From an uncultured bacterium (GTDB lineage: Bacteria; Deinococcota; Deinococci; Deinococcales; Trueperaceae): a stretch of DNA of 64,000 nucleotides. The stretch's first letter is position 1. Each line of letters opens with the position of its first letter. Below the pieces are notes generated by a model. That model saw only the letters and a program-made list of their open reading frames with translations, had not been told where the DNA came from and did not search any database. This document shows, in pieces, positions 19,701-28,008 of this stretch. The position numbers and the translations under genes are program-made. The stretch lies in contig CAYNOS010000009.1 of the NCBI GenBank assembly GCA_964398985.1, forward strand, positions 43 to 64,042, in the 5' to 3' direction.

Positions 19701-20366
19701 AGGGTTCTGAGCCGTACCACGCAGCACGGGCCGCTCGGGCGACAGGCCGCGCCTGCGGTGCGCATCGACGCTCTCGCCGTCCATGAGGGCCCGCACGTCA
19801 TCCTCGCTCAGCAGGTCGACGATATTGACCTCGTGACTGGTTCGGAAGCCGTCGAAGACGTGAAGGAACGGAACTCGTGAGCGCAGCGTCGCCAGCTGGG
19901 CGACCAGCGCCATGTCTTGCGCCTCCTGCGGGGAGTTGGCGAAGAGCATTCCCCAGCCGGCACTGCGAACCGCCATGACGTCGGAGTGGTCACCGAAGAT
20001 CGACAGCGCGTGGCTGGCGACAGCCCTGGCGGCGATGTGGAAGACGGTCGGCGTCAGCTCGCCGGCGATCTTGAACATGTTCGGGTACATCAACAAAAGG
20101 CCCTGGGACGCCGTGAAGGTAGTCGCCAACGATCCCGCCTGAAGCGCGCCGTGAACGGCTCCAGCGGCCCCCGCTTCGCTCTGCAGCTCGGCGACTTCGG
20201 GCACCGCGCCCCACAAGTTGGTGCGGCCCGCCGCGCTCCAGGCATCCGCCAACTCACCCATCGCCGATGCCGGCGTGATCGGGTAGATGGCGATCACCTC
20301 GTTGGTCAAGTGGGCGATGCGTGCTGCTGCTTCGTTGCCGTCGATGACGGCTCGCTGCCTGTCCAT
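16725..20366 (-). CDS. nifJ: Pyruvate:ferredoxin (flavodoxin) oxidoreductase, single-chain
   Basis: 1213 aa with two 4Fe-4S ferredoxin motifs (CTQCALCAIACP, CTGCGVCVDVCP) and the TPP motif GGDGWAYDIGYGGLDH. Confidence 0.93.
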   Translation of the reverse strand: MDRQRAVIDGNEAAARIAHLTNEVIAIYPITPASAMGELADAWSAAGRTNLWGAVPEVAELQSEAGAAGAVHGALQAGSLATTFTASQGLLLMYPNMFKIAGELTPTVFHIAARAVASHALSIFGDHSDVMAVRSAGWGMLFANSPQEAQDMALVAQLATLRSRVPFLHVFDGFRTSHEVNIVDLLSEDDVRALMDGESVDAHRRRGLSPERPVLRGTAQNPDVFFQAREACNAFYDAVPLVLEQVLTEFAERTGRRYSAFEYHGDPAPERVVVLMGSGVGAAREAVAKMNESGDKVGLVAVRLYRPFDTRAFLNALPLTTKGIAVLDRTKEPGARGEPLYQDVLAALHSGRRRDVEGNPIVVIGGRYGLASKEFTPAMVKAALDELTLDMPLDGFTLGIVDDVTHRSLKHDEDFTTEPDNVKRALFYGLGSDGTVGATRNSVKIIGEQTDLHAQGYFVYDSKKSGAVTVSHLRFGPQRIDSTYLIGQADFIGVHQFEFVSKLDVLANACDGATVLLNSPFGPEEVWGQLPVEFQETVIQRHLKLYVVDALEVAEQAGLAGRINTVMQACFFALAGVLPRDEAMAQIKRAIDISYGKRGRAVIERNYAAVDASLAGLHEVKVPPTVTATHRRRPAVPESAPDFVQRVTARIIEGHGDRLPVSAMPVDGTFPTGTSRYERRSIAHEVPIWEPDICTQCALCAIACPHSAIRINAYDPAALDAAPAGFKSRPWKGKDASLQGFAFTVQLAPDDCTGCGVCVDVCPARSKSEAKRKALNMEPKGPHLDVERAAFDFYRALPTPRPSFDELDPIKASQLRLPLFEFSGACGGCGETPYLKLITQLFGDRMVVANATGCSSIYGANLPTTPWAKDEAGRGPAWANSLFEDNAEFGLGMRLSLDARRNLALTLAERLGGRVGSELASQLIAGAHADVGDDVALAAQRERVAALQHRVAELMTAADAATAKELRTLLEVAEALVPTAVWIVGGDGWAYDIGYGGLDHVLSTGRNVNVLVLDTEVYSNTGGQASKATPRAAIAKFAAAGKPTAKKDLGMGAITYGDVYVAQVAIGANPAQTVKALREAASWPGPSLVIAYSHCIAHGIEMSTAMTKQRQAVRSGYWPLYRYDPGAEVAGAQSPMRLDSRPPNVPFADFAQSEGRFAMLQRAHPDRAQELFAQAQSDIDARYRSYERLASSAQRTSVGAVAGELVGAGREEA

Positions 20367-20468
20367 CTGCGCTCCTTCCAGCTGGGCGCCAGGGAAAAGG
20401 CGCCCGCAGGACGGTGCGCCGGCCCTCGGCTCGAGTGTAGGGTGCAGGGACTAGGACAGTGGTCCCGG

Positions 20469-21101
20469 TCAGTCTCCAGTGAGCGCTCGGTACTTCTCGG
20501 CTACGCGCGAGAACAGGCTCAGACCGACGGGCGTGCTCAACTTCAGCTGCGCCGCCGCGAAGAACTCGTCGAGACCCTTGAATCCGCCGCTCGACAAGAG
20601 CTCCACCGCCGCGTCGTGGCGGCCGCGTTCCTGGTAGTAGAGGGCCTGCAGGCACATGTCGATGAGGTTCATGTCCCGTACGAAGTCCGCCACCAGGCCG
20701 TCGCGATTCTCGTAAGCGAGCCACAGCTCTCTCAACGAGCTGGCTGCGTCCGGAAGCAGCCTCTCCATCGCCTCATGCTCGAGGCGAGCCTTGTCGGACA
20801 CGCTGATCTGGCGATCGCTCTCGTCGGCGCGCGCGACGATGTCACCGGTCTCGACCTCGGCCAGGTCGTGGACGATCGCCATCGCCACTGCCCTGTCCCT
20901 ATCCACTCCCGCTGAGGCGGCGAACAGCAGGCAGAGCAGCGCGGTTCCCCAGCTGTGGTCGGCAACCGACTCCGGGTCACTGACGCCTCTCATGGCCCAG
21001 CCGGCGCGGCGCACGTCTTTCAGCTCCAGGGCGCGGTAGGCGAGAACCAACATGGCGTCGTCGCCAGGCCCGCCGTCTCGCTGATCACGAGCGAACGGCA
21101 T
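20469..21101 (-). CDS. HD domain phosphohydrolase (YfbR-like 5'-nucleotidase family)
   Basis: Motifs ESVADHSW and AIVHDLAEVETGD. Confidence 0.7.
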   Translation of the reverse strand: MPFARDQRDGGPGDDAMLVLAYRALELKDVRRAGWAMRGVSDPESVADHSWGTALLCLLFAASAGVDRDRAVAMAIVHDLAEVETGDIVARADESDRQISVSDKARLEHEAMERLLPDAASSLRELWLAYENRDGLVADFVRDMNLIDMCLQALYYQERGRHDAAVELLSSGGFKGLDEFFAAAQLKLSTPVGLSLFSRVAEKYRALTGD

Positions 21102-21102
21102 C

Positions 21103-22428
21103 TCAGTCTCCCGGTGCGTGCCGCGTCACCGCGCCGCTCACCGGTTGTCGGGCCGTTCGAGCGACTCCGACGTAGGCAAGGCACGCCACCATCGTGAAGC
21201 AGCCGGCTATCAAGAGCGAGGTGCGCGGCCCAAGCTGGGACGCCACCCACCCCAGAGGGCCGGCGGCGACCGCGATGCCTATGTAGAACACCATCGACTG
21301 AACGCTCAACATGGTCGAGCGTGTCGCCGAAGGCAGGACCTTGTGGAGCAGCGCGTCATGCGGGACGTTGCTGGTTGCCAGAGCGAAGAACGCCAGGGCC
21401 ATGGCGATGCCGAAGCCGCCTGGCGATGCCGTCAGGGCGAACAGCACCAAGGCAGCGCCGCGCAACAGGGTGCTGAACCCTGCAAGAGCGGCCGCGCCCC
21501 CGGGGAACTCCATGCCCCAGCGCAGCACGGCCAAGCTTCCCAGCAGCGCGGCGACTCCGGCCATCGTCCCCAGAACGGCGAACGGTTGACTGCTCGAGGC
21601 CTCGGCGCCGAACACGGTAGCGGCGATCGGCTGCCAGAAGGTCTCGAAACTGACCAGGGCGAGGCCGCTGCTGGCGGCGGCGAGGAACAGCCAACGAATC
21701 GACGGGATCCTCCGGACCAGCCTGCCGGCGTCCTTGAGAATGCCAGGAACGTCCACCAAGCCTGCATCGCGCCCCTGGGGCTTCACCGGTTCCCGGATCA
21801 ACGCCAGAGTCGCGAACCACGCCACCACGCGCAGCGCGACGCCTGCGAACAGCGCGATCCCGAAGGCCGAAAGGGGCCAAGGAAGTTCGAGGCCCGCAGT
21901 CAGGCTGGGGAGAAGACCTCCCAACATGGTTCCCACTAGAATCCCGGCTGCCCGCAGCACCTCGACCGCGGCGAGATGCGGCTGGAGCGGCGTGCTGGGG
22001 TCGAGCCGCTTGAGCTCGTCGACGTACCAGGCGTCCATGGCGCCCGAATGAAGGGCAGCCCCGATGCCTTGGAACACGGCGTAGGCGATCGCGGTTGCCG
22101 GACCGCTGAGGAACAGCAGAAGTGCGAACGAGATCAAGGTGAACAGCTGCGATGCCAGCGCGACCGGTCGCCTTCCGATGGCATCGGCCAAGCCCCCGGT
22201 CGGGAGCTCCAATACCACCACCAGCAGAGCGCGTACGGCGAAGACCAAGCCGATGACCGTCAGGTCAAGGCCGCGGCCGGTCAGGTGCAGAACCAGGACC
22301 GGCATCGGCACCGCGATGGCCAGTTCCAACAGGCCGGCGAGGGCGGCGAACCTGTAGGTGAGGGATCGGGCGGGGCCTGGCGTCACGTAATCTCCTCGCT
22401 GCGACCTGCACAGCGCAGCGTGCAACAC
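21103..22428 (-). CDS. MFS transporter
   Basis: About 12 TM helices with the MFS loop motif GGLADAIGRRP. It ends 1 nt before the HD gene. Confidence 0.75.
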   Translation of the reverse strand: MLHAALCRSQRGDYVTPGPARSLTYRFAALAGLLELAIAVPMPVLVLHLTGRGLDLTVIGLVFAVRALLVVVLELPTGGLADAIGRRPVALASQLFTLISFALLLFLSGPATAIAYAVFQGIGAALHSGAMDAWYVDELKRLDPSTPLQPHLAAVEVLRAAGILVGTMLGGLLPSLTAGLELPWPLSAFGIALFAGVALRVVAWFATLALIREPVKPQGRDAGLVDVPGILKDAGRLVRRIPSIRWLFLAAASSGLALVSFETFWQPIAATVFGAEASSSQPFAVLGTMAGVAALLGSLAVLRWGMEFPGGAAALAGFSTLLRGAALVLFALTASPGGFGIAMALAFFALATSNVPHDALLHKVLPSATRSTMLSVQSMVFYIGIAVAAGPLGWVASQLGPRTSLLIAGCFTMVACLAYVGVARTARQPVSGAVTRHAPGD

Positions 22429-22554
22429 GTCACTGGGGTTCCGAACGCCCCCAGCGGTGTAGGTCGGTTCACAGCGCCCAGCGCTCGAATGGATGTGCCA
22501 AGTGCCGCGGGCGAGTCAGTCCGGAGATGATAGCAGAGCGGCATCGACTGCCCA

Positions 22555-24786
22555 CTAGGCCCTTGCCGTCACGAAGTACGAAGCGTGTGTCCATGGGACC
22601 TCGCTGTTTGCGAGCTGCTGCCTGAACAGCCTCTCCAGCAGGGCGAGCTCTCGATCGTCCAGGCTCGCCGAGAGCTGGTCCGCATAGCTGGCCGGTTCGC
22701 TTCGCCGCGCGAACCAGCGGTCGATGGCAAGCGGGTTGACCGCGTGTGGGAAGGTGCTCTCGATGCGAGTGAACGAGACGTCTTCGAGACCAGCTTCTCG
22801 TGCCAGGCGTTCGGTCTCCGCGAGCCCTTGGTCGCTTCCCGGCACTCCGCGAGCGTAGATGGCTTCCTCTGCAGCCGCGATCCTCTCGGACAGGTCGTCC
22901 GGCAGCGTTCGCAAGTCGACGAGGCGGTAGAGCCTTTGAGAGCGAGATACATCGACCTCTGCGAGCACCAGCCGACCGGACGAGGCAAGCAGCCGAGCGG
23001 CTTCACGCAGCACGGCGCCGGCGTTCTCGGGCTTCCCGAGCGCCTGGCGTCCGACGATGACATCCAACCCCGTGGCTCCGCCGGCACCGGCACCGAGCGC
23101 TTCCTGCACCAGGGCCGCCGCACCCGGCAGCGATCCTTGCACGACTACCGGACGCTGCAGTTCTGGGAGCGCCGCAGCCTGCTCTTTCAAGGCGATGACC
23201 GCCGCACCGTCTTCCTCCAGTGCAACGACCATGCCGTCGGGCGCCCGCCGCGTTGCCTCCCAAGTGAGCAGGCCGCTGCCGGCCCTGAGATCGAGGACGA
23301 GGTGATGCCTCTCAACGCCGGCCAACTCGAAGAGCCGGTCACGGAGGAGTCCGAGTCTCTTGCCCGAACGCGACACCGTTCTCTCCAGCCAGCGGTCTCG
23401 CGCCGCGTCGATGCGCTGCTTGCCCCCAGGCTCACGTGACACTTCGAGCTCACGATCCAGCATCGCGGCCAACTGCGCCTCGCGGCTTCGCGCGACACCC
23501 TCGGCGATGCCGGCCTCGAAGCCCTGGCTGCTCGGGCGATAGAAGACCTTCCCCTGCAGCGATGAAGGCAGGTACTGCTGAGCGACCCAATGATCCCTGT
23601 AAGCGTGCGGGTACAGGTAACCGGCACCGTGACCCAGACCTTCGCTGTCGCGATTGGCGTCCTTGAGGTGATCGGGTGGCTGCGACTCGCGCTCGTTCGC
23701 GACCGCCGCCAAGGCGTCGAAGAACCCCATCGTGGAATTGCTCTTTGGGGCCGTTGCCAGGTACAGCGTCGCCTGAGCGAGATGGTAGCGCCCCTCCGGC
23801 ATGCCGACGTAGTCGTAAGCCGCAGCGGCCGACGCCACGACGGCCAGAGCGTCAGGAGCAGCCAGCCCAACGTCTTCGCTGGCCAGGACGAGGAGTCGCC
23901 TGAGGATGAAGCGGGGATCCTCACCGGCATAGACCATCTTGGCCAGCCAGTAGAGAGAAGCATCCGGATCCGATCCGCGCACGCTCTTGATGAAGGCGCT
24001 GATGGTGTCGAAGTGAGCATCGCCTTCCTTGTCGTAGAGCACGGCCCGGCGCTGGATCGACTCCTCGGCAACCTCAAGGGTCACTTCGATCACCCCGTCC
24101 TCGCCGGCTGGAGTGGTGGTCACGGCCAACTCAAGAGCGTTCAAGAGCGCTCGCGCATCGCCGTTCGCGACGTTGACGAGATGATCGCGAGCGTCCTGGG
24201 CCACCCGGACCTCCAGGCGTCCGTAGCCGCGTTCAGCGTCTTCGAGGGCCTGCTCCAGAACACGCTCGAGGTCGGACGACTCCAGGGGCGTTAGCTCGAA
24301 GATACGGCTACGGCTTACGAGCGCCTTGTTGACCTCGAAGTAGGGGTTCTCCGTGGTGGCGCCAATCAGGATCACGGTGCCGTTCTCGACCCACGGGAGA
24401 AGTGCGTCCTGCTGTGCCTTGTTGAAGCGATGGACTTCGTCCACGAACAGGATCGTGCGCCGTCCGGCGGTGAGCTCTCGCTGCGCTGCCGCGACGGCTT
24501 CGCGGATGTCCTTCACGCCAGCGAGCACGGCGTTCAGTGCGGTGAACCGCGCTTTGGTGGTGTTCGCGATGACCCTGGCAAGCGTCGTCTTTCCGGTTCC
24601 GGGCGGGCCGTAGAAGATGACCGAACTGAGTTGGTCAGCCTCGATGGCTCTTCGAAGGAGCCGGCCACGACCGACGATCCGCTCCTGACCCACGAACTCG
24701 TCTAGCGTCCGTGGCCGCATGCGCGCAGCCAGCGGCTCTTCGACGGCCGCTGCGAACAGCCCGCTGGTTGTCTCGGGTTCCGGCAT
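22555..24786 (-). CDS. rarA: Replication-associated recombination protein A (RarA/MgsA) fused to a C-terminal class-I methyltransferase-like domain
   Basis: Residues 1 to ~435 carry Walker A GPPGTGKTT, Walker B FVDEVHRFNK and an MgsA_C-like part (GHGAGYLYPH). Residues ~480-743 carry the SAM-MTase motif I-like VLDLRAGSGLL. Confidence 0.8.
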   Translation of the reverse strand: MPEPETTSGLFAAAVEEPLAARMRPRTLDEFVGQERIVGRGRLLRRAIEADQLSSVIFYGPPGTGKTTLARVIANTTKARFTALNAVLAGVKDIREAVAAAQRELTAGRRTILFVDEVHRFNKAQQDALLPWVENGTVILIGATTENPYFEVNKALVSRSRIFELTPLESSDLERVLEQALEDAERGYGRLEVRVAQDARDHLVNVANGDARALLNALELAVTTTPAGEDGVIEVTLEVAEESIQRRAVLYDKEGDAHFDTISAFIKSVRGSDPDASLYWLAKMVYAGEDPRFILRRLLVLASEDVGLAAPDALAVVASAAAAYDYVGMPEGRYHLAQATLYLATAPKSNSTMGFFDALAAVANERESQPPDHLKDANRDSEGLGHGAGYLYPHAYRDHWVAQQYLPSSLQGKVFYRPSSQGFEAGIAEGVARSREAQLAAMLDRELEVSREPGGKQRIDAARDRWLERTVSRSGKRLGLLRDRLFELAGVERHHLVLDLRAGSGLLTWEATRRAPDGMVVALEEDGAAVIALKEQAAALPELQRPVVVQGSLPGAAALVQEALGAGAGGATGLDVIVGRQALGKPENAGAVLREAARLLASSGRLVLAEVDVSRSQRLYRLVDLRTLPDDLSERIAAAEEAIYARGVPGSDQGLAETERLAREAGLEDVSFTRIESTFPHAVNPLAIDRWFARRSEPASYADQLSASLDDRELALLERLFRQQLANSEVPWTHASYFVTARA

Positions 24787-24878
24787 CGCGCTGCCGTAAG
24801 ACTAACCGCGTGCGCGCTCTCGACGTGCAGCGTGCGGGGGTGTCGAGGTTGCCGAGACTGTAAACGAGCCTAGGTCGA

Positions 24879-25682
24879 CTAGTTGGTCTCGACGAAACGT
24901 CTGACCTCGAGCGTGTAGGCGCCGCTCTCACCGGGGAAGTAGCTGGAAGCCGCCAAGACGTAGCTGCCGGGCTCCAACTCGACGAACAACCGTGCGTCGG
25001 AGGTCATTTCGAAGTCGTCGTTCTGCGCCACCACCTCGCCGTCCTCCGCGAAGAGCGTGAGCAGCGCGTCAATCTCCCAGGAGCTCATCGAGATCTGCAG
25101 GAATGCGGGAGACGTGATCTCGAGCGCGAAGTACTCGGTGCCGCCACCGGGGAAGCTTCCAAGAAGCGGCATCTCGATGGTGATCGAGGACTCCAAGACT
25201 CCCGGCACGGGCAGCGGGGCCGTGGGCATGGCTGCGGCCGGTGCGGAATCGACTCGCTCGATGAAGTACCTGCCGAGGTCGTACTGGGAGTAACCACTGA
25301 CCACCACCAGGTACCTCCCGGCCATGGGCAACCGAAGCTCGACACCGGCGTCCGTCCCGGCACCCTGATAGTAATCGTCATTGGTGGCTAGCAACGAACC
25401 GCTCGGATCGTAGACCGACAGGAAGGGGTCGAACTCGCCGCTGTTGACGATAATCGTCACGAGATCGTCCTGCATGCCCTGGAAGCTGTACAGATCTAGG
25501 TAGCTGCCGTCCTTGAAGTTCTGGCCATCCGACGCGGACAACTCCCCCTCCAGCAGCTCGCCGGCCGCCAACGACGGCAACTGGAAAGCGAAGTAGTTGG
25601 GAGGGTTGAGGGGTCGTTGCCCGAAGGCGACGGTGCTGATGGCGAAGGCTATGAAGTAGCTGACGAACCGGAGTCTGGGCAT
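24879..25682 (-). CDS. Secreted protein with two pre-peptidase C-terminal (PPC)-like repeats
   Basis: Signal peptide MPRLRFVSYFIAFAISTVAFG. An internal duplication repeats the D..L.L....G..(V)A.NDD pattern. Confidence 0.55.
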   Translation of the reverse strand: MPRLRFVSYFIAFAISTVAFGQRPLNPPNYFAFQLPSLAAGELLEGELSASDGQNFKDGSYLDLYSFQGMQDDLVTIIVNSGEFDPFLSVYDPSGSLLATNDDYYQGAGTDAGVELRLPMAGRYLVVVSGYSQYDLGRYFIERVDSAPAAAMPTAPLPVPGVLESSITIEMPLLGSFPGGGTEYFALEITSPAFLQISMSSWEIDALLTLFAEDGEVVAQNDDFEMTSDARLFVELEPGSYVLAASSYFPGESGAYTLEVRRFVETN

Positions 25683-25772
25683 CTATGGCTTCCCTTCGCC
25701 AACAGATCCCTGGCGGCTCGGGGCCGCTTCGAGCATCTGCTGGTCGCTGCGCTGAGCCTAGATTAGCTGGGA

Positions 25773-26918
25773 CTAGAAAAGTGTGCCCTGTCTCATTCTG
25801 CCTGGAACAGCGAAGTGTTGCGCCTCGAGTGGCTGCGAACGGGCGGGGATGCCAAGTCTCTTGCGAGTCGCACGGAACAAGGCGCCGACCTGTTCGGCGT
25901 ATGGGCCGGTACCTGTCATCCTCTTGCCGAAGCGCCGATCATCGGCCTCGCCAGCGTGCGCAGCGAGGATCTTGTTGAGCACCTTCTGCTTGCGAAGCGG
26001 CGCATGCCGGTCGAGCCATTGCGCGAAGATCTCCGACACAGCCCCAGGCAGGCGCAGCAGCGTGAAGCCGGCGTGCGTCGCGCCTGCGGCGGCCGCGGCC
26101 GCCAGCAACTCGGGAATCTCATCGTCGGTCAGGCCCGGGATGATAGGCGCCATGTTCACCCCTACTGGGACCCCGGCCTCGGACAAAGCCTTGACCGCGT
26201 TCAAACGGTTGCGGATCGTAGACGTTCTGGGCTCGAGGGCGCCACGCAATCCCTCGTCAAGCGTGGTTATCGACAGCGTGACGCTCGCACCGTTCCACGT
26301 CGCCATTTCCGAGAGAACGTCGATGTCGCGCGTTACCAACGCGTTCTTGGTGATCAGGGAAACGGGGTTCTTGAAGCTCGCCAACACCTTCAAGCACTCA
26401 CGCGTGATCCCTAGTCGCCGCTCGATCGGTTGATACGGATCGGTAACGCCCGATAGCATCACCGGTCGGGGTCGCCAGCTGGGTGAACGCAGGTCGTTCT
26501 CGAGGAGCGTGGGAGCGCTCTTCTTCACCAGGATGACCCGTTCGAAGTCGAGACCAGCCGAGAGCCCGAAGTATTCGTGAGTGGGGCGGGCGTAACAGTA
26601 GGAGCAGCCGTGCTCGCAACCCCGGTAGGGATTCAGGCTGGCGTCGAAACCGAGGTCTGGGCTGGTGTTCGTGCTGATCACCGTGCGCGAAGTGTCATCC
26701 AGGTAACGGGTCTGGGAGCCAAGGTCTGCCTCGGTCAGTTCGGAAGCGTCGATCTCGACGACCATCTCCGAGAAGCGGTTGGCGGTGTTGCTGGAGGATC
26801 CCCGCCCTCGATGAGCCGGCAGATCGGTGCTCCCGCTCGGGGACGCCGCGAGGGCGCCGGTGGTCAAGTTCTCGCCAGGGCTTCTTGGGGGCATGGAAGA
26901 CAGTAGTCGATACCTCAT
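25773..26918 (-). CDS. Radical SAM protein (PA0069 / SplB-like family)
   Basis: CxxxCxxC motif CEHGCSYCYARP. Length and C-terminal half are typical of the PA0069 family. Confidence 0.75.
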   Translation of the reverse strand: MRYRLLSSMPPRSPGENLTTGALAASPSGSTDLPAHRGRGSSSNTANRFSEMVVEIDASELTEADLGSQTRYLDDTSRTVISTNTSPDLGFDASLNPYRGCEHGCSYCYARPTHEYFGLSAGLDFERVILVKKSAPTLLENDLRSPSWRPRPVMLSGVTDPYQPIERRLGITRECLKVLASFKNPVSLITKNALVTRDIDVLSEMATWNGASVTLSITTLDEGLRGALEPRTSTIRNRLNAVKALSEAGVPVGVNMAPIIPGLTDDEIPELLAAAAAAGATHAGFTLLRLPGAVSEIFAQWLDRHAPLRKQKVLNKILAAHAGEADDRRFGKRMTGTGPYAEQVGALFRATRKRLGIPARSQPLEAQHFAVPGRMRQGTLF

Positions 26919-26963
26919 TATCTAAGTGTCGCCTGGTATGCAGTCGGCTGCGCGAAGACAGAG

Positions 26964-27971
26964 ATGGTCGGTGGAGTTCCGCCCGCGGTAGGGTATGCCC
27001 CGATGACGAGTCCCAATGATGAGCGCCGACAGGGCGCGGTTCGCCGGTCTACAGATCCCACGCGTGCAGGTGGTGCACGTTCGCCGATGACGATGCGGCA
27101 GAAGGTTCTGCGCGAGGTTCGCGGCTACGCAGAAGCCTTGGCGATCGCCTTCCTGGTCGTGACCTTCGTGTTCACTACCGTTGGCGTGGTTGGCTCGTCG
27201 ATGGACCCGAATCTCGACGGAGGACAAGGACGAGGCAACCTGCTGAGGGCGCTGCTGACCGGCGATCGCGTGTTCATCCCCAAGTACGACACGTGGTTGC
27301 GCCGCATGGGCGTTCTCGGCGAGTTCGAGCGGGGCGCGGTGGTTGTGTTGCGTGAACCCGCGAACGCGCCGACCGCTCTCGAGACCGGTCAGCGCAAGTT
27401 CTTCATCAAGCGAGTCATCGCTGGTCCAGGCGACGCCATCAGGATCGAGGGCGGGCAGGTCTACGTGAACGACCATCCGATCGATCAGGGCTTCATCACC
27501 GATTCCGGCCAAGTGAGGGTTGCCCGCGTTGACTTTCCCAAGGTCGTGGTGGAGGACGGTAAGGTGACCTCGATGGTCATGGGCTTCGAGACATCTCGTT
27601 CGGGCAATGCCCTGCCGATGCTGCCAACAGGGGGCTTCGACCCAGTGCCTGTGGCGGTAAGTGATCCACGCGTGCAACTCTTCTACGGCAACGTGATCAG
27701 CGCGCTCGAGGTGCCCGCCGGCGTCGGCGACGGGGTGCCGGTCGTGTTGAACCTGCGGGTGCCTGACGGACACTACTTCGTGATGGGCGACAACCGCAGT
27801 GCGGCCGGGAGCGAGGACTCCCGTTACTTCGGCCCGGTCAAGGCCATGGACATTGCCGGGCGCGCGACGGCCGTGATATGGCCGCCACGGCGCGATGGCG
27901 AGTGGAACTGGCGCGGCCTGGCCGCCCCGGAAGCGTTCGACAGCATTCCAGAGCCTATCGCCGCCCGCTGA
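26964..27971 (+). CDS. lepB: Signal peptidase I
   Basis: S26 boxes GSSMDPNL, RGAVVVL, FIKRVIAGPGD and GDNRSAAGSEDSRYFGPV. The start is uncertain; several in-frame Met lie before the TM segment. Confidence 0.85.
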   Translation: MVGGVPPAVGYAPMTSPNDERRQGAVRRSTDPTRAGGARSPMTMRQKVLREVRGYAEALAIAFLVVTFVFTTVGVVGSSMDPNLDGGQGRGNLLRALLTGDRVFIPKYDTWLRRMGVLGEFERGAVVVLREPANAPTALETGQRKFFIKRVIAGPGDAIRIEGGQVYVNDHPIDQGFITDSGQVRVARVDFPKVVVEDGKVTSMVMGFETSRSGNALPMLPTGGFDPVPVAVSDPRVQLFYGNVISALEVPAGVGDGVPVVLNLRVPDGHYFVMGDNRSAAGSEDSRYFGPVKAMDIAGRATAVIWPPRRDGEWNWRGLAAPEAFDSIPEPIAAR

Positions 27972-28008
27972 ATCTGGCGGAGCAAGCTTTCCCGTCTCCC
28001 CGAGCTGG

